DNA of 64,000 bases from Candidatus Aegiribacteria sp. (GTDB lineage Bacteria > Fermentibacterota > Fermentibacteria > Fermentibacterales > JCC-6), in the NCBI GenBank assembly GCA_046498225.1, contig JAWOBF010000043.1, positions 1 through 64,000 of the forward strand. Direction: 5' to 3'. The notes under the pieces are model-generated. The model saw nothing but the letters and a program-made list of their open reading frames with translations, did no database searches and was not told the DNA's origin. The position numbers were made by a program, and so were the translations under genes. Position 1 is the stretch's first letter. Each line of letters begins with the position of its first letter. This document shows positions 38,033-48,068 of the stretch, in pieces.

Positions 38033-40830
38033 CCCTCCGGGATGTCTCCATGCCCGGCGCGCTTCACCATCTTCATCACCTCGAAAACACCGAGGTAGAG
38101 GAGCGCCGCGCCTGTTATGAACAGCCAGTCCACGGGACCCGGACCCCTGAAGTAGAGGAAATCTCTGATGAAGGGCGCGTATACGGCTATCAGCGTGAGG
38201 CCTATCGAACCGGCTATGGACCAGAGCAGTATCCGGTTGCTGAAGAAATTGCGGTTGAAGATGGAGGTGCGGGGGAACCGCCTGGACATGATGTTCACGT
38301 ACTGGCAGAAGGCAATGGTCAGAAAGGCCAGGGTGGTGGCCCTCAGATATGCGGCCGGAAAGGGCGGTTCAATGCTGGAAACGAAGGCCACGTCCACAGA
38401 GCGGAACATTCCCAGGGCGTAGTTGGCGAAGGCCAGCCCTCCGATCAGCGATCCCAGAAGCAGTATCTCCGGGGAGGTCCGGGAGTTCATGATGTGTTCG
38501 GTCTGGTCCCTCGGCGGCGATTTCATTATTCCCGGGGGAGGCGGGTCGAAGGTGAGACAGGTGAGGGGCATGACCTCGGCCAGCAGGTCTATGGCCAGTA
38601 TCTGAATGGCCATCATGGGAATGGCCCAGTCGCCCATGGCTACGGCCGCCAGGCCCAGGATCACGACCATGAGCTCCGCCATGTTGGTGGTGATGGAAGC
38701 GAGGACCGTCTTCTTCAGGTTCCGGTAGATGGTTCTTCCCTCCCTGACAGCCTCCACCAGGGTGGGAAAGCTGTCGTCAAGGAGAATGAGCTCCGCCGCC
38801 TCCTTGGCCACATCGGTCCCGGTAATGCCCATGGCAACTCCGATGTCGGCCCTCTTCAGCGCAGGTGCGTCGTTTACCCCGTCACCCGTAACCGCAACCA
38901 CCTGGTCCTGGTCCTCCAGCAGGTTCACTATTCGGAGCTTGTGCGCGGGGCTCACCCTTGAGAAGATGACGGCGTCCCTGGACATGAGTATTCCAGTGAG
39001 TTCATCGTCATCCATATCCTCCAGCTGCGCGCCGGTGAACACGTCCGGGTCTCCCGATTCGGTAAGGTCTATCTCCCTTCCCACCGCCCTGGCGGTTATG
39101 GAGTGGTCCCCTGTCATTACCACTATCCTGACCCTGGCGTTCCTGCATGCGGCAATGGCCCCTCTGACACCGTCCTTGGGCGGGTCCATCATTCCCACCA
39201 GGCCCAGGAACACGACGTCCTTCTCCACATCCTCAATGACGTAGTCCTTCCCTCCGGGCTCCAGGGGGCGGAAGGCTATGGCCAGGACCCTGAGGGCCCG
39301 GTCGGAGAGTTTCTCGTTCATCTTCCTTATCCGTTCCCGGTCCTCGTCAGTAATGGGAACGGACTCGCCGTCGCGGTATATGTACTTCGCCACGGAGAGA
39401 ACACTGTCTGTGGAACCCTTCATTGCAAGCTCCACCCGGTCCCCGAACCGCCTGACCGAACTCATCCTCTTCCTCTCGGAATCGAAGGGGAATTCATGCA
39501 GCTCCGGGTTTTCCTCGTCCTCCTGGGGACTTCGAGTCCCCAGTTTCGTGGACATGGTTACAAGGGCCGCCTCGGTGGGGTCCCCCACGGGGTACCAGGA
39601 GCTGTGATCGTCGTCCGGAGGATGTATCTCCGCGTTGGAGGCCATGGTGGCCGCGTCCATCATTATCTCCAGCCGGTCTATCCTCTTCCTGTCCAGGACC
39701 TCCCCCCCGGAATCCTTTATGTCACCCTCCGGTTCGTATCCGATGCCGGTGAAGGTGTACTCCTCGCCGTCGAACCAGGCCCTGGTCACCGTCATCTCGT
39801 TCTTGGTGAGAGTGCCCGTCTTATCGGTGCATATCACACTGGTGGAGCCCAGGGTCTCTACGGAGGGCAGGCTCTTGACAACGGCCTTCCGGTCCGCCAG
39901 CCGCTTGCTGGCGGCTGTGAGCGCCACGGTCACCTGGGCGGGAAGCGCCTGGGGAACCATGGCAACGGCTATGCCGAGGGCCAGTATCATACTGGTGGTA
40001 AGCGAGAATCCCTGCCACATGGCAACTCCGAACAGGATGGAACTGATTATCACGACTATCACGGTGAGCCATCTCGCCAGGCTTCCCAGCTCCTTCTGGA
40101 GGGGTGATGACTCCTCTTCGGTCTCCTGGGCCATGGTGGCTATCCTGCCCATCTCAGTGTTCATACCGGTCCTGACCACCACACCGGTGGCGCTGCCGGT
40201 GGACACTGTGGTCCCCATGAAGGCCATGTTCTCCCGGTCGGAAATAATGGACTCTTCGGGAATGGGGTTGGTGTGCTTTCCCTGCGGCATGGACTCACCG
40301 GTGAGGGAGAATTCCACCGTCCTCAGGTCGAATGAATCCAGGAGTCTCATGTCGGCTGGTATCTTGTCCCCCGCTTCCACCTCCACGATATCACCGGGAA
40401 CTATGAGCCGCTGTGATATCTCGGCAAGTTCTCCGTCCACCATGACCTTTGCGGGCGATTTTATCAGCTCCCGGAGCTTCTCCAGTATCTTTCCCGCCTT
40501 GTACTCCTGCACGAACCCGATTATCGCGTTGATTATCACGATGGCGAACATCACCCCGCCGTCGCGGTAGCTGCCGATACCGATGGAAATGGCTCCGCCT
40601 ACTATGAGCACTATCACCAGGAGGTCGCGGAACTGTTTCAGGAAAAGGAGCCATTTGGGAACCGATATGTCGGAAACTATCTCGTTGGGTCCGGTCCGTC
40701 CCCGGATCTCGTTCGCTTTTTCCCTGGAAAGCCCCTTCCTGGTCGACCCCAGCTTCTCCAGGGCCTCCTCTCCGGAAAGGCGGTAGAAATCGGTCGTCTC
40801 CTGCAGCTGTTCGATGCTGTCGTTAGTCAT
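38029..40830 (-). CDS. P-type ATPase, type II-like cation transporter with non-canonical M4
   Basis: LTGES, ICTDKTGTLT, MDPP, MTGD, GDGVNDAPAL; M4 reads VPQALP. Confidence 0.93.
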   Translation of the reverse strand: MTNDSIEQLQETTDFYRLSGEEALEKLGSTRKGLSREKANEIRGRTGPNEIVSDISVPKWLLFLKQFRDLLVIVLIVGGAISIGIGSYRDGGVMFAIVIINAIIGFVQEYKAGKILEKLRELIKSPAKVMVDGELAEISQRLIVPGDIVEVEAGDKIPADMRLLDSFDLRTVEFSLTGESMPQGKHTNPIPEESIISDRENMAFMGTTVSTGSATGVVVRTGMNTEMGRIATMAQETEEESSPLQKELGSLARWLTVIVVIISSILFGVAMWQGFSLTTSMILALGIAVAMVPQALPAQVTVALTAASKRLADRKAVVKSLPSVETLGSTSVICTDKTGTLTKNEMTVTRAWFDGEEYTFTGIGYEPEGDIKDSGGEVLDRKRIDRLEIMMDAATMASNAEIHPPDDDHSSWYPVGDPTEAALVTMSTKLGTRSPQEDEENPELHEFPFDSERKRMSSVRRFGDRVELAMKGSTDSVLSVAKYIYRDGESVPITDEDRERIRKMNEKLSDRALRVLAIAFRPLEPGGKDYVIEDVEKDVVFLGLVGMMDPPKDGVRGAIAACRNARVRIVVMTGDHSITARAVGREIDLTESGDPDVFTGAQLEDMDDDELTGILMSRDAVIFSRVSPAHKLRIVNLLEDQDQVVAVTGDGVNDAPALKRADIGVAMGITGTDVAKEAAELILLDDSFPTLVEAVREGRTIYRNLKKTVLASITTNMAELMVVILGLAAVAMGDWAIPMMAIQILAIDLLAEVMPLTCLTFDPPPPGIMKSPPRDQTEHIMNSRTSPEILLLGSLIGGLAFANYALGMFRSVDVAFVSSIEPPFPAAYLRATTLAFLTIAFCQYVNIMSRRFPRTSIFNRNFFSNRILLWSIAGSIGLTLIAVYAPFIRDFLYFRGPGPVDWLFITGAALLYLGVFEVMKMVKRAGHGDIPEG

Positions 40831-40882
40831 TTGAGGTGGTTCCCGTTCCTGTTCATTATTCTCCCGGGTCTGACCGGGGAAA

Positions 40883-42085
40883 TTACTTCTCGGTTTTCCT
40901 CCTGCGCTTTATCTCCTTTATGACCAGCGGTATCACTTCGAACAGGTCGGCGACGTACCCCTGGTGGCAGAATTCGAATACCGGGGCGGTTTCGTCCTTG
41001 TTCACCGCCAGTATCCTGTCGGCGGACTGCATTCCAACCCTGTGCTGCACAGCCCCGGAGATGCCGCAGGCCAGGTATATCCTGGGCTGAACGGTCTTTC
41101 CGGTCTGACCCACCTGGTGGGGGTAGGGTATCCAGCCCGCGTCCACCGCGGCCCGGCTGGCCCCGACGCTGCCGTCGAGAAGTCCGGCCAGCTCTTCCAG
41201 CATGGAGAAGTTCTCCGGGGACTTCATCCCTCTTCCTCCGGAGACCAGCACTTCCGCCTCGGTTATGTCGATCTCACCCTCCTCCAGCGGCTTGAACTCC
41301 AGGACCTCCGTTCTGCTCACCAGGTCTTCCGGAGATACGCCGACTTCCTCTATCTCCCCCCGCCTGCTGTCATCCGGTTCCATGGCCTTCATCACCCGGG
41401 GACGCACGGTGGCCATCTGAGGCCTGGTATCCGAGCAGACGATCGTGGCAAGTATGTTGCCGCCAAAGGCCGGGCGGGTCTGAAGAAGGCCTCCCGTCTC
41501 CGGGTCGATGGAAAGTTCCGTACAGTCCGCGGTCAGGCCCGTATCCAGGTTCTTGGCTATCCTGGGCATCAGGTCCCTTCCGGTGGTGGTGGCGGCGGCC
41601 AGGACCACAGCCGGTCTGACCTCGTTTATGACTTTCTCGGCCAGCTTCGAGAAGGGCTCCGTCCGGAAATGCGCCAGTGCCGGATCCCGGGCCAGGTATA
41701 CCGTGTCGGCGCCGTAGCTTATCAGCTTCCTCGGCCAGTCTCCCGGGTCCGAGGTGAACAGCGCCACGGACACCCTGCTCTCATCCGCTCCGGCCAGTCT
41801 TCGGGCTTCGCCCAGGAGCTCCAGGGTGGAGTGGTCCACCGTGCCGTCCCTCTGTTCCGCCAGGACCATTATTCCGGAGTACAGTCCGGTATCGGCTACC
41901 TCCGACTCCCCGGTGCGGATGACTATGGCCCCGAAGGGACAGGACGCTTCGCATGCCCCGCACAGGGTGCACTCATCGCCGATGACGGCAAGCCCGTTCT
42001 CCATGTATATGGCTCCGAAGGGGCAGGCGGGAATGCAGGCTTCGCAGCCTACGCAGGTATCCTTACGGACGTCGATGCTCGCCAT
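40883..42085 (-). CDS. etfA: Electron transfer flavoprotein alpha subunit with N-terminal 2x[4Fe-4S] ferredoxin
   Basis: CVGCEACIPACP and CTLCGACEASCP; GLTADC, QVGQTGK, GISGAVQH. Confidence 0.93.
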   Translation of the reverse strand: MASIDVRKDTCVGCEACIPACPFGAIYMENGLAVIGDECTLCGACEASCPFGAIVIRTGESEVADTGLYSGIMVLAEQRDGTVDHSTLELLGEARRLAGADESRVSVALFTSDPGDWPRKLISYGADTVYLARDPALAHFRTEPFSKLAEKVINEVRPAVVLAAATTTGRDLMPRIAKNLDTGLTADCTELSIDPETGGLLQTRPAFGGNILATIVCSDTRPQMATVRPRVMKAMEPDDSRRGEIEEVGVSPEDLVSRTEVLEFKPLEEGEIDITEAEVLVSGGRGMKSPENFSMLEELAGLLDGSVGASRAAVDAGWIPYPHQVGQTGKTVQPRIYLACGISGAVQHRVGMQSADRILAVNKDETAPVFEFCHQGYVADLFEVIPLVIKEIKRRRKTEK

Positions 42086-42867
42086 TATTCCTCCTCCCCC
42101 AGCAGGTAGTCGACGATGTGCTTCGCCATCTCCTCCGGTTCTCCGCGGTGTATCTCTCCGCCGGCGGGAGCCTCAGGTGTCATTATCCTGACCACCCTGG
42201 TGGGAGACCCGTCAAGGCCCACGTCATCGGGCTGGAGTTCCAGGTCATCTATGCCCCAGACGGGCAGTTCCATCTTCCTGGCCTTCATTTTCCCCCGCAG
42301 GGACGGGAGTCTGGGAGTGTTGGCGTCCTTCAGGAGGGTTATGACCACGGGAAGGGACGACCTTACCACTTCGCATCCGCCCTCAACGTAACGTTCGGCG
42401 GTGATACCGTCCCCGGTGAGCTCACTGACCTTTCCCACGAAGGTTATCTGGGGCCAGTCCAGTGAGGCGGCGATACCGGGACCGGTCTGCGCGGTGTCCC
42501 CGTCTATGGCCTGCTTCCCGGTCATGACGATGTCAACGTCGCCCAGTTTTTCCACCGCCCTGGCCAGGGTATGGCTGGTGGCCCAGGTGTCCGCCCCGGC
42601 GAAGGCCCTGTGGGAAAGCAGCACCGCTTCATCCGCCCCCATCGCCACCGCTTCCCTGAGCACCGCCTCGGCCTGAGGGGGCCCCATGGTGACTGCGATG
42701 ACCGTTCCTCCGAGCTGGTCGCGCCACTTCAGGGCCTCCTCCAGGGCGTACTCGTCGAAGGGGTTCAGTATCGAAGGGACGCCCTCCCTGACAAGGGTTC
42801 CCCTCTCCTCGTCTATTCTCACTTCGGCGGTATCCGGAACCTGTTTTACCGCCACGACTATTCTCAT
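42085..42867 (-). CDS. etfB: Electron transfer flavoprotein beta subunit
   Basis: KQVPDT, NPFD, RAFAGADTWAT, AIDGDTAQTGP. Confidence 0.95.
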   Translation of the reverse strand: MRIVVAVKQVPDTAEVRIDEERGTLVREGVPSILNPFDEYALEEALKWRDQLGGTVIAVTMGPPQAEAVLREAVAMGADEAVLLSHRAFAGADTWATSHTLARAVEKLGDVDIVMTGKQAIDGDTAQTGPGIAASLDWPQITFVGKVSELTGDGITAERYVEGGCEVVRSSLPVVITLLKDANTPRLPSLRGKMKARKMELPVWGIDDLELQPDDVGLDGSPTRVVRIMTPEAPAGGEIHRGEPEEMAKHIVDYLLGEEE

Positions 42868-44042
42868 TACTTCCTACTCCTTCTGGCAGTCTCCTTGATC
42901 AGCGACGAGGCGATGACGCTCCGCTGTATCTGATTGGTGCCCTCGTAAATCTGGGTTATCTTCGCGTCCCGCATCATCTTTTCCACGGGATACTCCTTCA
43001 TGTAACCGTAACCGCCCATTATCTGTACGGCGTCGGTGGTGACCTTCATGGCCACATCGCTGGCGAAGACCTTGGCCATGGCCGCCTCCTTCTCGAACTT
43101 GCGCTCCCCGGCGTCGATCATCCTGGCCGCGCTGAATGTCAGCGCCCGCGCGGCCTCCACCTGGGTCGCCATGTCCGCCAGCATGAACTGGATCCCCTGG
43201 AAGGAGTCTATCCTCCTGCCGAACTGAACCCGCTCCGAGGCGTACATGGCGGCCTCGTCCAGAGCGCCCTGAGCTATTCCCACGGCCTGGGCCGCGACCC
43301 CGGGACGGGACCTGTCCAGCGTCTTCATGGCCACGATGAACCCGTAGCCTTCCCTTGCTATAAGGTTCTCCGCCGGTATCCTGCAGTCCTCGAATATCAG
43401 TTCCATGGTGGAGGAAGCCCGAATACCCATCTTGTCTTCCTTCTTGCCGTAGCTGAATCCGGGGGTGCCCTCCTCCACTATGAAGGCGGAAAGGCCTCTC
43501 GCCCCTCTGGAGGGGTCGGTCTGTGCTATCACCGTATATATCTGCGCTTCTCCGCCGTTGGTTATCCACTGCTTCGTCCCGTTGAGTATGTAGCTGTCCC
43601 CGTCCTTCACCGCCTTCGTCTTGACTCCGCCCGCATCGCTTCCGGCTTCCGGCTCGGTCAGGGCGAACGCGGCCAGTTTCTCACCCGAAGCCAGCTGGGG
43701 AAGGTACTTCTGTTTCTGTTCTTCGGAGCCCGAGAGCAGGATCGGCATGGCTCCGAGAGCGTTCGCCGCGAATGAGACCGCCACGCCGCTGCAGGCCTTG
43801 CTCAGTTCTTCCGTGGCCACACAGAGCGCCATGCTTCCGCCTCCGAACATCTCCGCGGAACCGCCGAATTCCTCGGGGATGTAGATGCCGCAGAGGTCGC
43901 TCTCGGCTATGACCCTGATGATCTCCGTGGGGAACCTGTTCTCCTCGTCCAGCTCCGCCCTGACGGGAATTATGTACTTCTCCGCTATCTCCGCGCAGAG
44001 TTCCCTTACGTCATTCAGCTCATCGGAAAGAAAATAGTTCAC
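42867..44042 (-). CDS. Acyl-CoA (butyryl-CoA-like) dehydrogenase
   Basis: FALTEPEAGSD, GTKQWITNG, KMGIR, RVQFG, GGYGY, IYEGTNQIQR. Confidence 0.93.
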   Translation of the reverse strand: MNYFLSDELNDVRELCAEIAEKYIIPVRAELDEENRFPTEIIRVIAESDLCGIYIPEEFGGSAEMFGGGSMALCVATEELSKACSGVAVSFAANALGAMPILLSGSEEQKQKYLPQLASGEKLAAFALTEPEAGSDAGGVKTKAVKDGDSYILNGTKQWITNGGEAQIYTVIAQTDPSRGARGLSAFIVEEGTPGFSYGKKEDKMGIRASSTMELIFEDCRIPAENLIAREGYGFIVAMKTLDRSRPGVAAQAVGIAQGALDEAAMYASERVQFGRRIDSFQGIQFMLADMATQVEAARALTFSAARMIDAGERKFEKEAAMAKVFASDVAMKVTTDAVQIMGGYGYMKEYPVEKMMRDAKITQIYEGTNQIQRSVIASSLIKETARRSRK

Positions 44043-44043
44043 T

Positions 44044-44727
44044 TCAAACCGTCCTCTCGATATTGTTCAGGGCGCTTGAGGCAGCTTTTTCAGCGGCCGC
44101 TTTCCTGGTGGTTCCCGTACCGGTGCCGGCCTCGTTTCCATCAACGCTCACGGTGACGGTAAAGACCGGGGCGTGATCCGGCCCGCTCTTATCCATGGTC
44201 CTGTATTCGGGGAGTCTCAGTCCCATCGACTGGCAGTACTCCTGCAGCCTGCTCCGCGGGTCGGGGCCGTGATCGGAACTGGGGGACATGTCCAGTATCT
44301 CCCTGCGGATGAACTCCCTGGCGGGTACAAGGCCGGAATCGGTGTATATGGCCCCTATCAGTGATTCCACGATATCCGCCGCTATCGACAGACGGGCTCC
44401 GGGGGAGGATGTGAAACTGCCGCCCACCATGGCCAGTCTGTCCAGGCCCATTCGTATTCCCTGCCTGGCGAGGTTCTTCTTCCGCACTATCCTTATCTTG
44501 CGCCTGGTCAGCATTCCCTCCGGCTCGCGGGGGAATCTCGCGAGAAGGTATTCCCTGGTAACAAGCTCAAGAACTGAATCCCCCAGGAACTCGAGCCTCT
44601 CGTAGTCCTCCCCGATGCTGCCGGCCCGGTTAAGGGACCCGTGGGTCAACGCCCTTCGAAGCAGGTCCCTGTCACGGAAGCTGTAGTTAAGCAGCCTCTC
44701 CGCCTTCGACAAGGGATCCTCCGCCAT
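44044..44727 (-). CDS. rnc: Ribonuclease III
   Basis: ALTHGS, ERLEFLGDSVL, ESLIGAIY, dsRBD GPDHAP. Confidence 0.96.
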   Translation of the reverse strand: MAEDPLSKAERLLNYSFRDRDLLRRALTHGSLNRAGSIGEDYERLEFLGDSVLELVTREYLLARFPREPEGMLTRRKIRIVRKKNLARQGIRMGLDRLAMVGGSFTSSPGARLSIAADIVESLIGAIYTDSGLVPAREFIRREILDMSPSSDHGPDPRSRLQEYCQSMGLRLPEYRTMDKSGPDHAPVFTVTVSVDGNEAGTGTGTTRKAAAEKAASSALNNIERTV

Positions 44728-44732
44728 TTATC

Positions 44733-45974
44733 CTAACCTGAATACTTCTTCAGGGCTATGGTAACGTTATGCCCCCCGAAACCCAGAGAGTTGGAGAGGG
44801 CGTAGGTCATCTCGGCCTTTCTTGCTTTACCGGGGACGTAGTCCAGGTCGCATCCCTCATCTGCATTGAAGAGAGTGGCGGTGGGAGGAATGATGCCTTC
44901 CCTGAGGGCAAACGCGGTGAATATCGCTTCCACCGCCCCCGCGGCGCCAAGCATGTGACCGGTGACTGACTTGGTGGAGGAGACCGGGGTACGCATGGCG
45001 TTCTCCGTGCCCAGCGCTGTCTTGATTGCCATGGTCTCGTTTATGTCGTTCAGCTGTGTGGAAGTGCCGTGAGCGTTTATGTAATCCACGTCTTCAGGGC
45101 CGATACCAGCCTCCTCGATGGCCAGGGACATGGCTCTGGCGGAACCTTCGCCGCCCTCGGCGGGCGCTGTAATGTGGTAGGCGTCGCAGGTCATGCCCGT
45201 GCCGACCACCTCGGCGATTATTTCAGCCCCCCGGGCCCTGGCATGCTCCAGTTCCTCCAGCACCAGGACCGCTCCGCCCTCCGCTATGACGAAACCGTCG
45301 CGGTCCCGGTCAAAGGGCCTGGATGCAGTTTCAGGATCGTCGTTCCTGGTGGAGAGAGCCTTCAGCTGACAGAATCCGCCCACACCCGTAAGGGTGATGG
45401 GAGCCTCCGAACCTCCGGCTAGAATGGCGTCAGCCTTGCCCAGGACAAGCATATCCATAGCCACGGCGATGGCATGGCCGCTGGTGGCGCAGGCGGTGAC
45501 CGTAGCCAGGTTCGGCCCCTTTGCGCCAAGGTCTATACCTACCCTTCCCGCCGCGATGTTGCTTATCATCATGGGGCAGAAGAAGGGGTTAATTCGATGG
45601 ACTCCCCTCTCCATGGCCACCTTGTGCTCCTGCTCCATGGTGGCTATGCCGCCGATGCCCGAACCTATTATGACACCCAGCCTCTCGGGCCGGATACTGT
45701 CCCGGAGGTTCGATTCCTCAAAGGACTCCCTGGCCGCCACCATGGCGAACTGGGTGTACCTGTCGATCCTCTTCACCAGTTTTCTGTCGAAGTGATCCAG
45801 GGGATCGAAATTCTTCACCTCTCCGGCTATCTGACTGGTGAAAAGCTCGGGGTCTAACAGTGACATCCGTCTTACTCCGCTGATGCCTGACAAAGCGTTC
45901 TGCCAGCTTTCAGCAGATGTGTTTCCGACCGGCCCGATTATTCCGGTTCCGGTAATGACTACTCTTTTTGTCAT
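44733..45974 (-). CDS. fabF: 3-oxoacyl-ACP synthase II
   Basis: TACATS, NAHGTST, GHMLGAAG, SLGFGGHN. Confidence 0.96.
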   Translation of the reverse strand: MTKRVVITGTGIIGPVGNTSAESWQNALSGISGVRRMSLLDPELFTSQIAGEVKNFDPLDHFDRKLVKRIDRYTQFAMVAARESFEESNLRDSIRPERLGVIIGSGIGGIATMEQEHKVAMERGVHRINPFFCPMMISNIAAGRVGIDLGAKGPNLATVTACATSGHAIAVAMDMLVLGKADAILAGGSEAPITLTGVGGFCQLKALSTRNDDPETASRPFDRDRDGFVIAEGGAVLVLEELEHARARGAEIIAEVVGTGMTCDAYHITAPAEGGEGSARAMSLAIEEAGIGPEDVDYINAHGTSTQLNDINETMAIKTALGTENAMRTPVSSTKSVTGHMLGAAGAVEAIFTAFALREGIIPPTATLFNADEGCDLDYVPGKARKAEMTYALSNSLGFGGHNVTIALKKYSG

Positions 45975-46027
45975 GGAATCAATCCCCTGTCGCTATAATT
46001 GTCTATTCCCGACCCGTTCTTGCAGTA

Positions 46028-46054
46028 CCGCACCGCAGCGGGACTGCGGTGCGG
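46028..46054. other. Hairpin between acpP and fabF
   Basis: ccgcaccgcag-cggga-ctgcggtgcgg, 11-bp perfect stem. Confidence 0.65.
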
Positions 46055-46075
46055 CTCATTATCTGAGCTGAAAGG

Positions 46076-46315
46076 CTACTGATCCAGGTCCTGCTCCCGC
46101 AGATACTCCACAACCTTTCCCACCGTGGTAAGCTTGGCGGCTTCCTCTTCGTCTATGCGAAGGCCGAAGGCGTCCTCGAATCCCATGATGAGTTCGTACT
46201 GGTCGATGGAATCAGCTCCGAGGTCGGTATCGAACTGGGCTTCCATGGTTACCTGCTCGGGCTTCACTCCAAGCTTGTCGATTATGATCTCTTGTACACG
46301 GCTTTCAAGTGACAT
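46076..46315 (-). CDS. acpP: Acyl carrier protein
   Basis: DLGADSID phosphopantetheine site; synteny. Confidence 0.95.
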   Translation of the reverse strand: MSLESRVQEIIIDKLGVKPEQVTMEAQFDTDLGADSIDQYELIMGFEDAFGLRIDEEEAAKLTTVGKVVEYLREQDLDQ

Positions 46316-46328
46316 ATTCTTTCCTTTC

Positions 46329-47051
46329 TCAGGTTGTCAGTCCGCCATCTACCGGGAGTACTACCCCGGTAATATATGAAGAAACGTCCTCAAGTAGAAA
46401 ATGTACCGAATCAGCGACGCTCTCCGGCTGCCCCATCCGGTTCAGAGGTACCCTGGCGGCGTAATCCTCCCTGACCTTTTCGGGCAGTTCCCTGGTCATC
46501 TCCGTCTCTATGAAACCGGGGGCTATGGCGTTGACCCTTATGTTCCTGCCGGCGAACTCCCGGGCCAGGGCCCTGGTGAGGCCCAGCAGGCCCGCTTTAG
46601 TTGAGGCGTAATTGGCCTGCCCGGCAGCTCCGAGAATAGCGACCACCGAAGAGATGTTGATTATGGAGCCCTCCTTCTGTCTCAGCATTCCACGGGAAAA
46701 CGCCCTGCACATGAGAAAGGCTCCCGTAAGATTCACCGACAGGACCGTGTTCCAGTCCGCCATGCTCATCCGCATCAGCAGCCCGTCACGGGTCACGCCG
46801 GCGTTGTTCACCAGGCCGAATACCGGTCCCAGCTCCTTCTCGATCTGCCCTGCCGTCTCATTGACGGACTCCTCGTCGGTGACATCCAGGACCCAGGGGC
46901 TGAAACCGGCCCCCAGCTCCCCGGTGACCCTGTCGAGGTCTTCCTGCAGGATATCGCATCCGGCCACGGACCATCCGGACCCTACCAGTTTCCTAGAAAT
47001 CGCATAACCGATACCCCGCGCGGCACCGGTGACTACTGCCAGTCTGCTCAA
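46329..47051 (-). CDS. fabG: 3-oxoacyl-ACP reductase
   Basis: TGAARGIG, NNAGVTRD, YASTK, PGFIET. Confidence 0.94.
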   Translation of the reverse strand: MSRLAVVTGAARGIGYAISRKLVGSGWSVAGCDILQEDLDRVTGELGAGFSPWVLDVTDEESVNETAGQIEKELGPVFGLVNNAGVTRDGLLMRMSMADWNTVLSVNLTGAFLMCRAFSRGMLRQKEGSIINISSVVAILGAAGQANYASTKAGLLGLTRALAREFAGRNIRVNAIAPGFIETEMTRELPEKVREDYAARVPLNRMGQPESVADSVHFLLEDVSSYITGVVLPVDGGLTT

Positions 47052-47071
47052 TTCGATCCCCCCCTGTTCCG

Positions 47072-48058
47072 TTACCAGTGCAGAATCATGCCGCCCCAGG
47101 TCAGGCCGGCGCCGAAAGCGGCCAGCACCACGGTACTGGATTCCCGTATCGCTTCGCTTCGCCTGGCCTCATCGAGGGCAATGGGTATGGACGCGGCTGA
47201 AGTGTTGCCGTACTTCTGAATATTGATGAACACCTGCTCCGGTTCGAGCTCCAGCGCTCTGGCCGTGGCGTCGATGATCCTCAGGTTGGCCTGATGGGAT
47301 ACCAGCAGGTCAACGTCCTTCTTCTCCGTCCCGTCCTTCTTCAGGGCTTCCATACAGGAGTCGTGCATCGCCCTTACGGCGTGCTTGAATATGCGGGAGC
47401 CGTTCATGAATATGGTGTGGTCGTTCCTGTCGACGGTCTCGTGGGAGGCGGGATTGATGGACCCTCCGGCATGCATGATGAGATGTTCGCCCAGCGAACC
47501 GTCGCTCCCCCAGTGCCAGCCCCCCAGTCTGCCGCCGGGTCCCTCCGAGGAGACCGCCACTGCTCCCGCGCCGTCGCCGAAGAGGATGCAGCTGGACCTG
47601 TCATCCCAGTTGGTTATCTTGGTGAGGCAATCGGCGCCGACCACTATCATCCTGTCCATGATACCGGATTCCACGAAAGCCTTGGCCTGGATAAGTCCGT
47701 ACACGAAAGCGGTGCACCCGGCCTCGAAATCGTAGGCGGGAATCTTGCCCATACCGAGCTCCGTCGCCACCAGCGCTGCGGTGGAGGGAAACGGATAATC
47801 CGGAGTGACCGTTCCCACTATGATCCCCTGCACATCCCCGGGTTCCCAGCCGGCCATGTCCAGGGCGTTCTCCACCGCTTCGGTCACAAGCCGGGAGGTG
47901 CCGGTACCCTCTTCCGTCTTCCGTCTTTCCTTGATGCCCGTCCTGCTGGTGATCCATTCGTCGGATGTATCGACGATCTTCTCAAGGTCGGCATTGGTTA
48001 TCACACCCTCCGGCACTCCATGACCGGTCCCGACTATGTAGGCGTTCCTGTTCACCAT
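47072..48058 (-). CDS. fabH: 3-oxoacyl-ACP synthase III
   Basis: AGCTAF, FGDGAGA, HQANLRI, GNTSAAS; start reassigned to MVNRN. Confidence 0.95.
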   Translation of the reverse strand: MVNRNAYIVGTGHGVPEGVITNADLEKIVDTSDEWITSRTGIKERRKTEEGTGTSRLVTEAVENALDMAGWEPGDVQGIIVGTVTPDYPFPSTAALVATELGMGKIPAYDFEAGCTAFVYGLIQAKAFVESGIMDRMIVVGADCLTKITNWDDRSSCILFGDGAGAVAVSSEGPGGRLGGWHWGSDGSLGEHLIMHAGGSINPASHETVDRNDHTIFMNGSRIFKHAVRAMHDSCMEALKKDGTEKKDVDLLVSHQANLRIIDATARALELEPEQVFINIQKYGNTSAASIPIALDEARRSEAIRESSTVVLAAFGAGLTWGGMILHW

Positions 48059-48068
48059 TTCTCCAATC

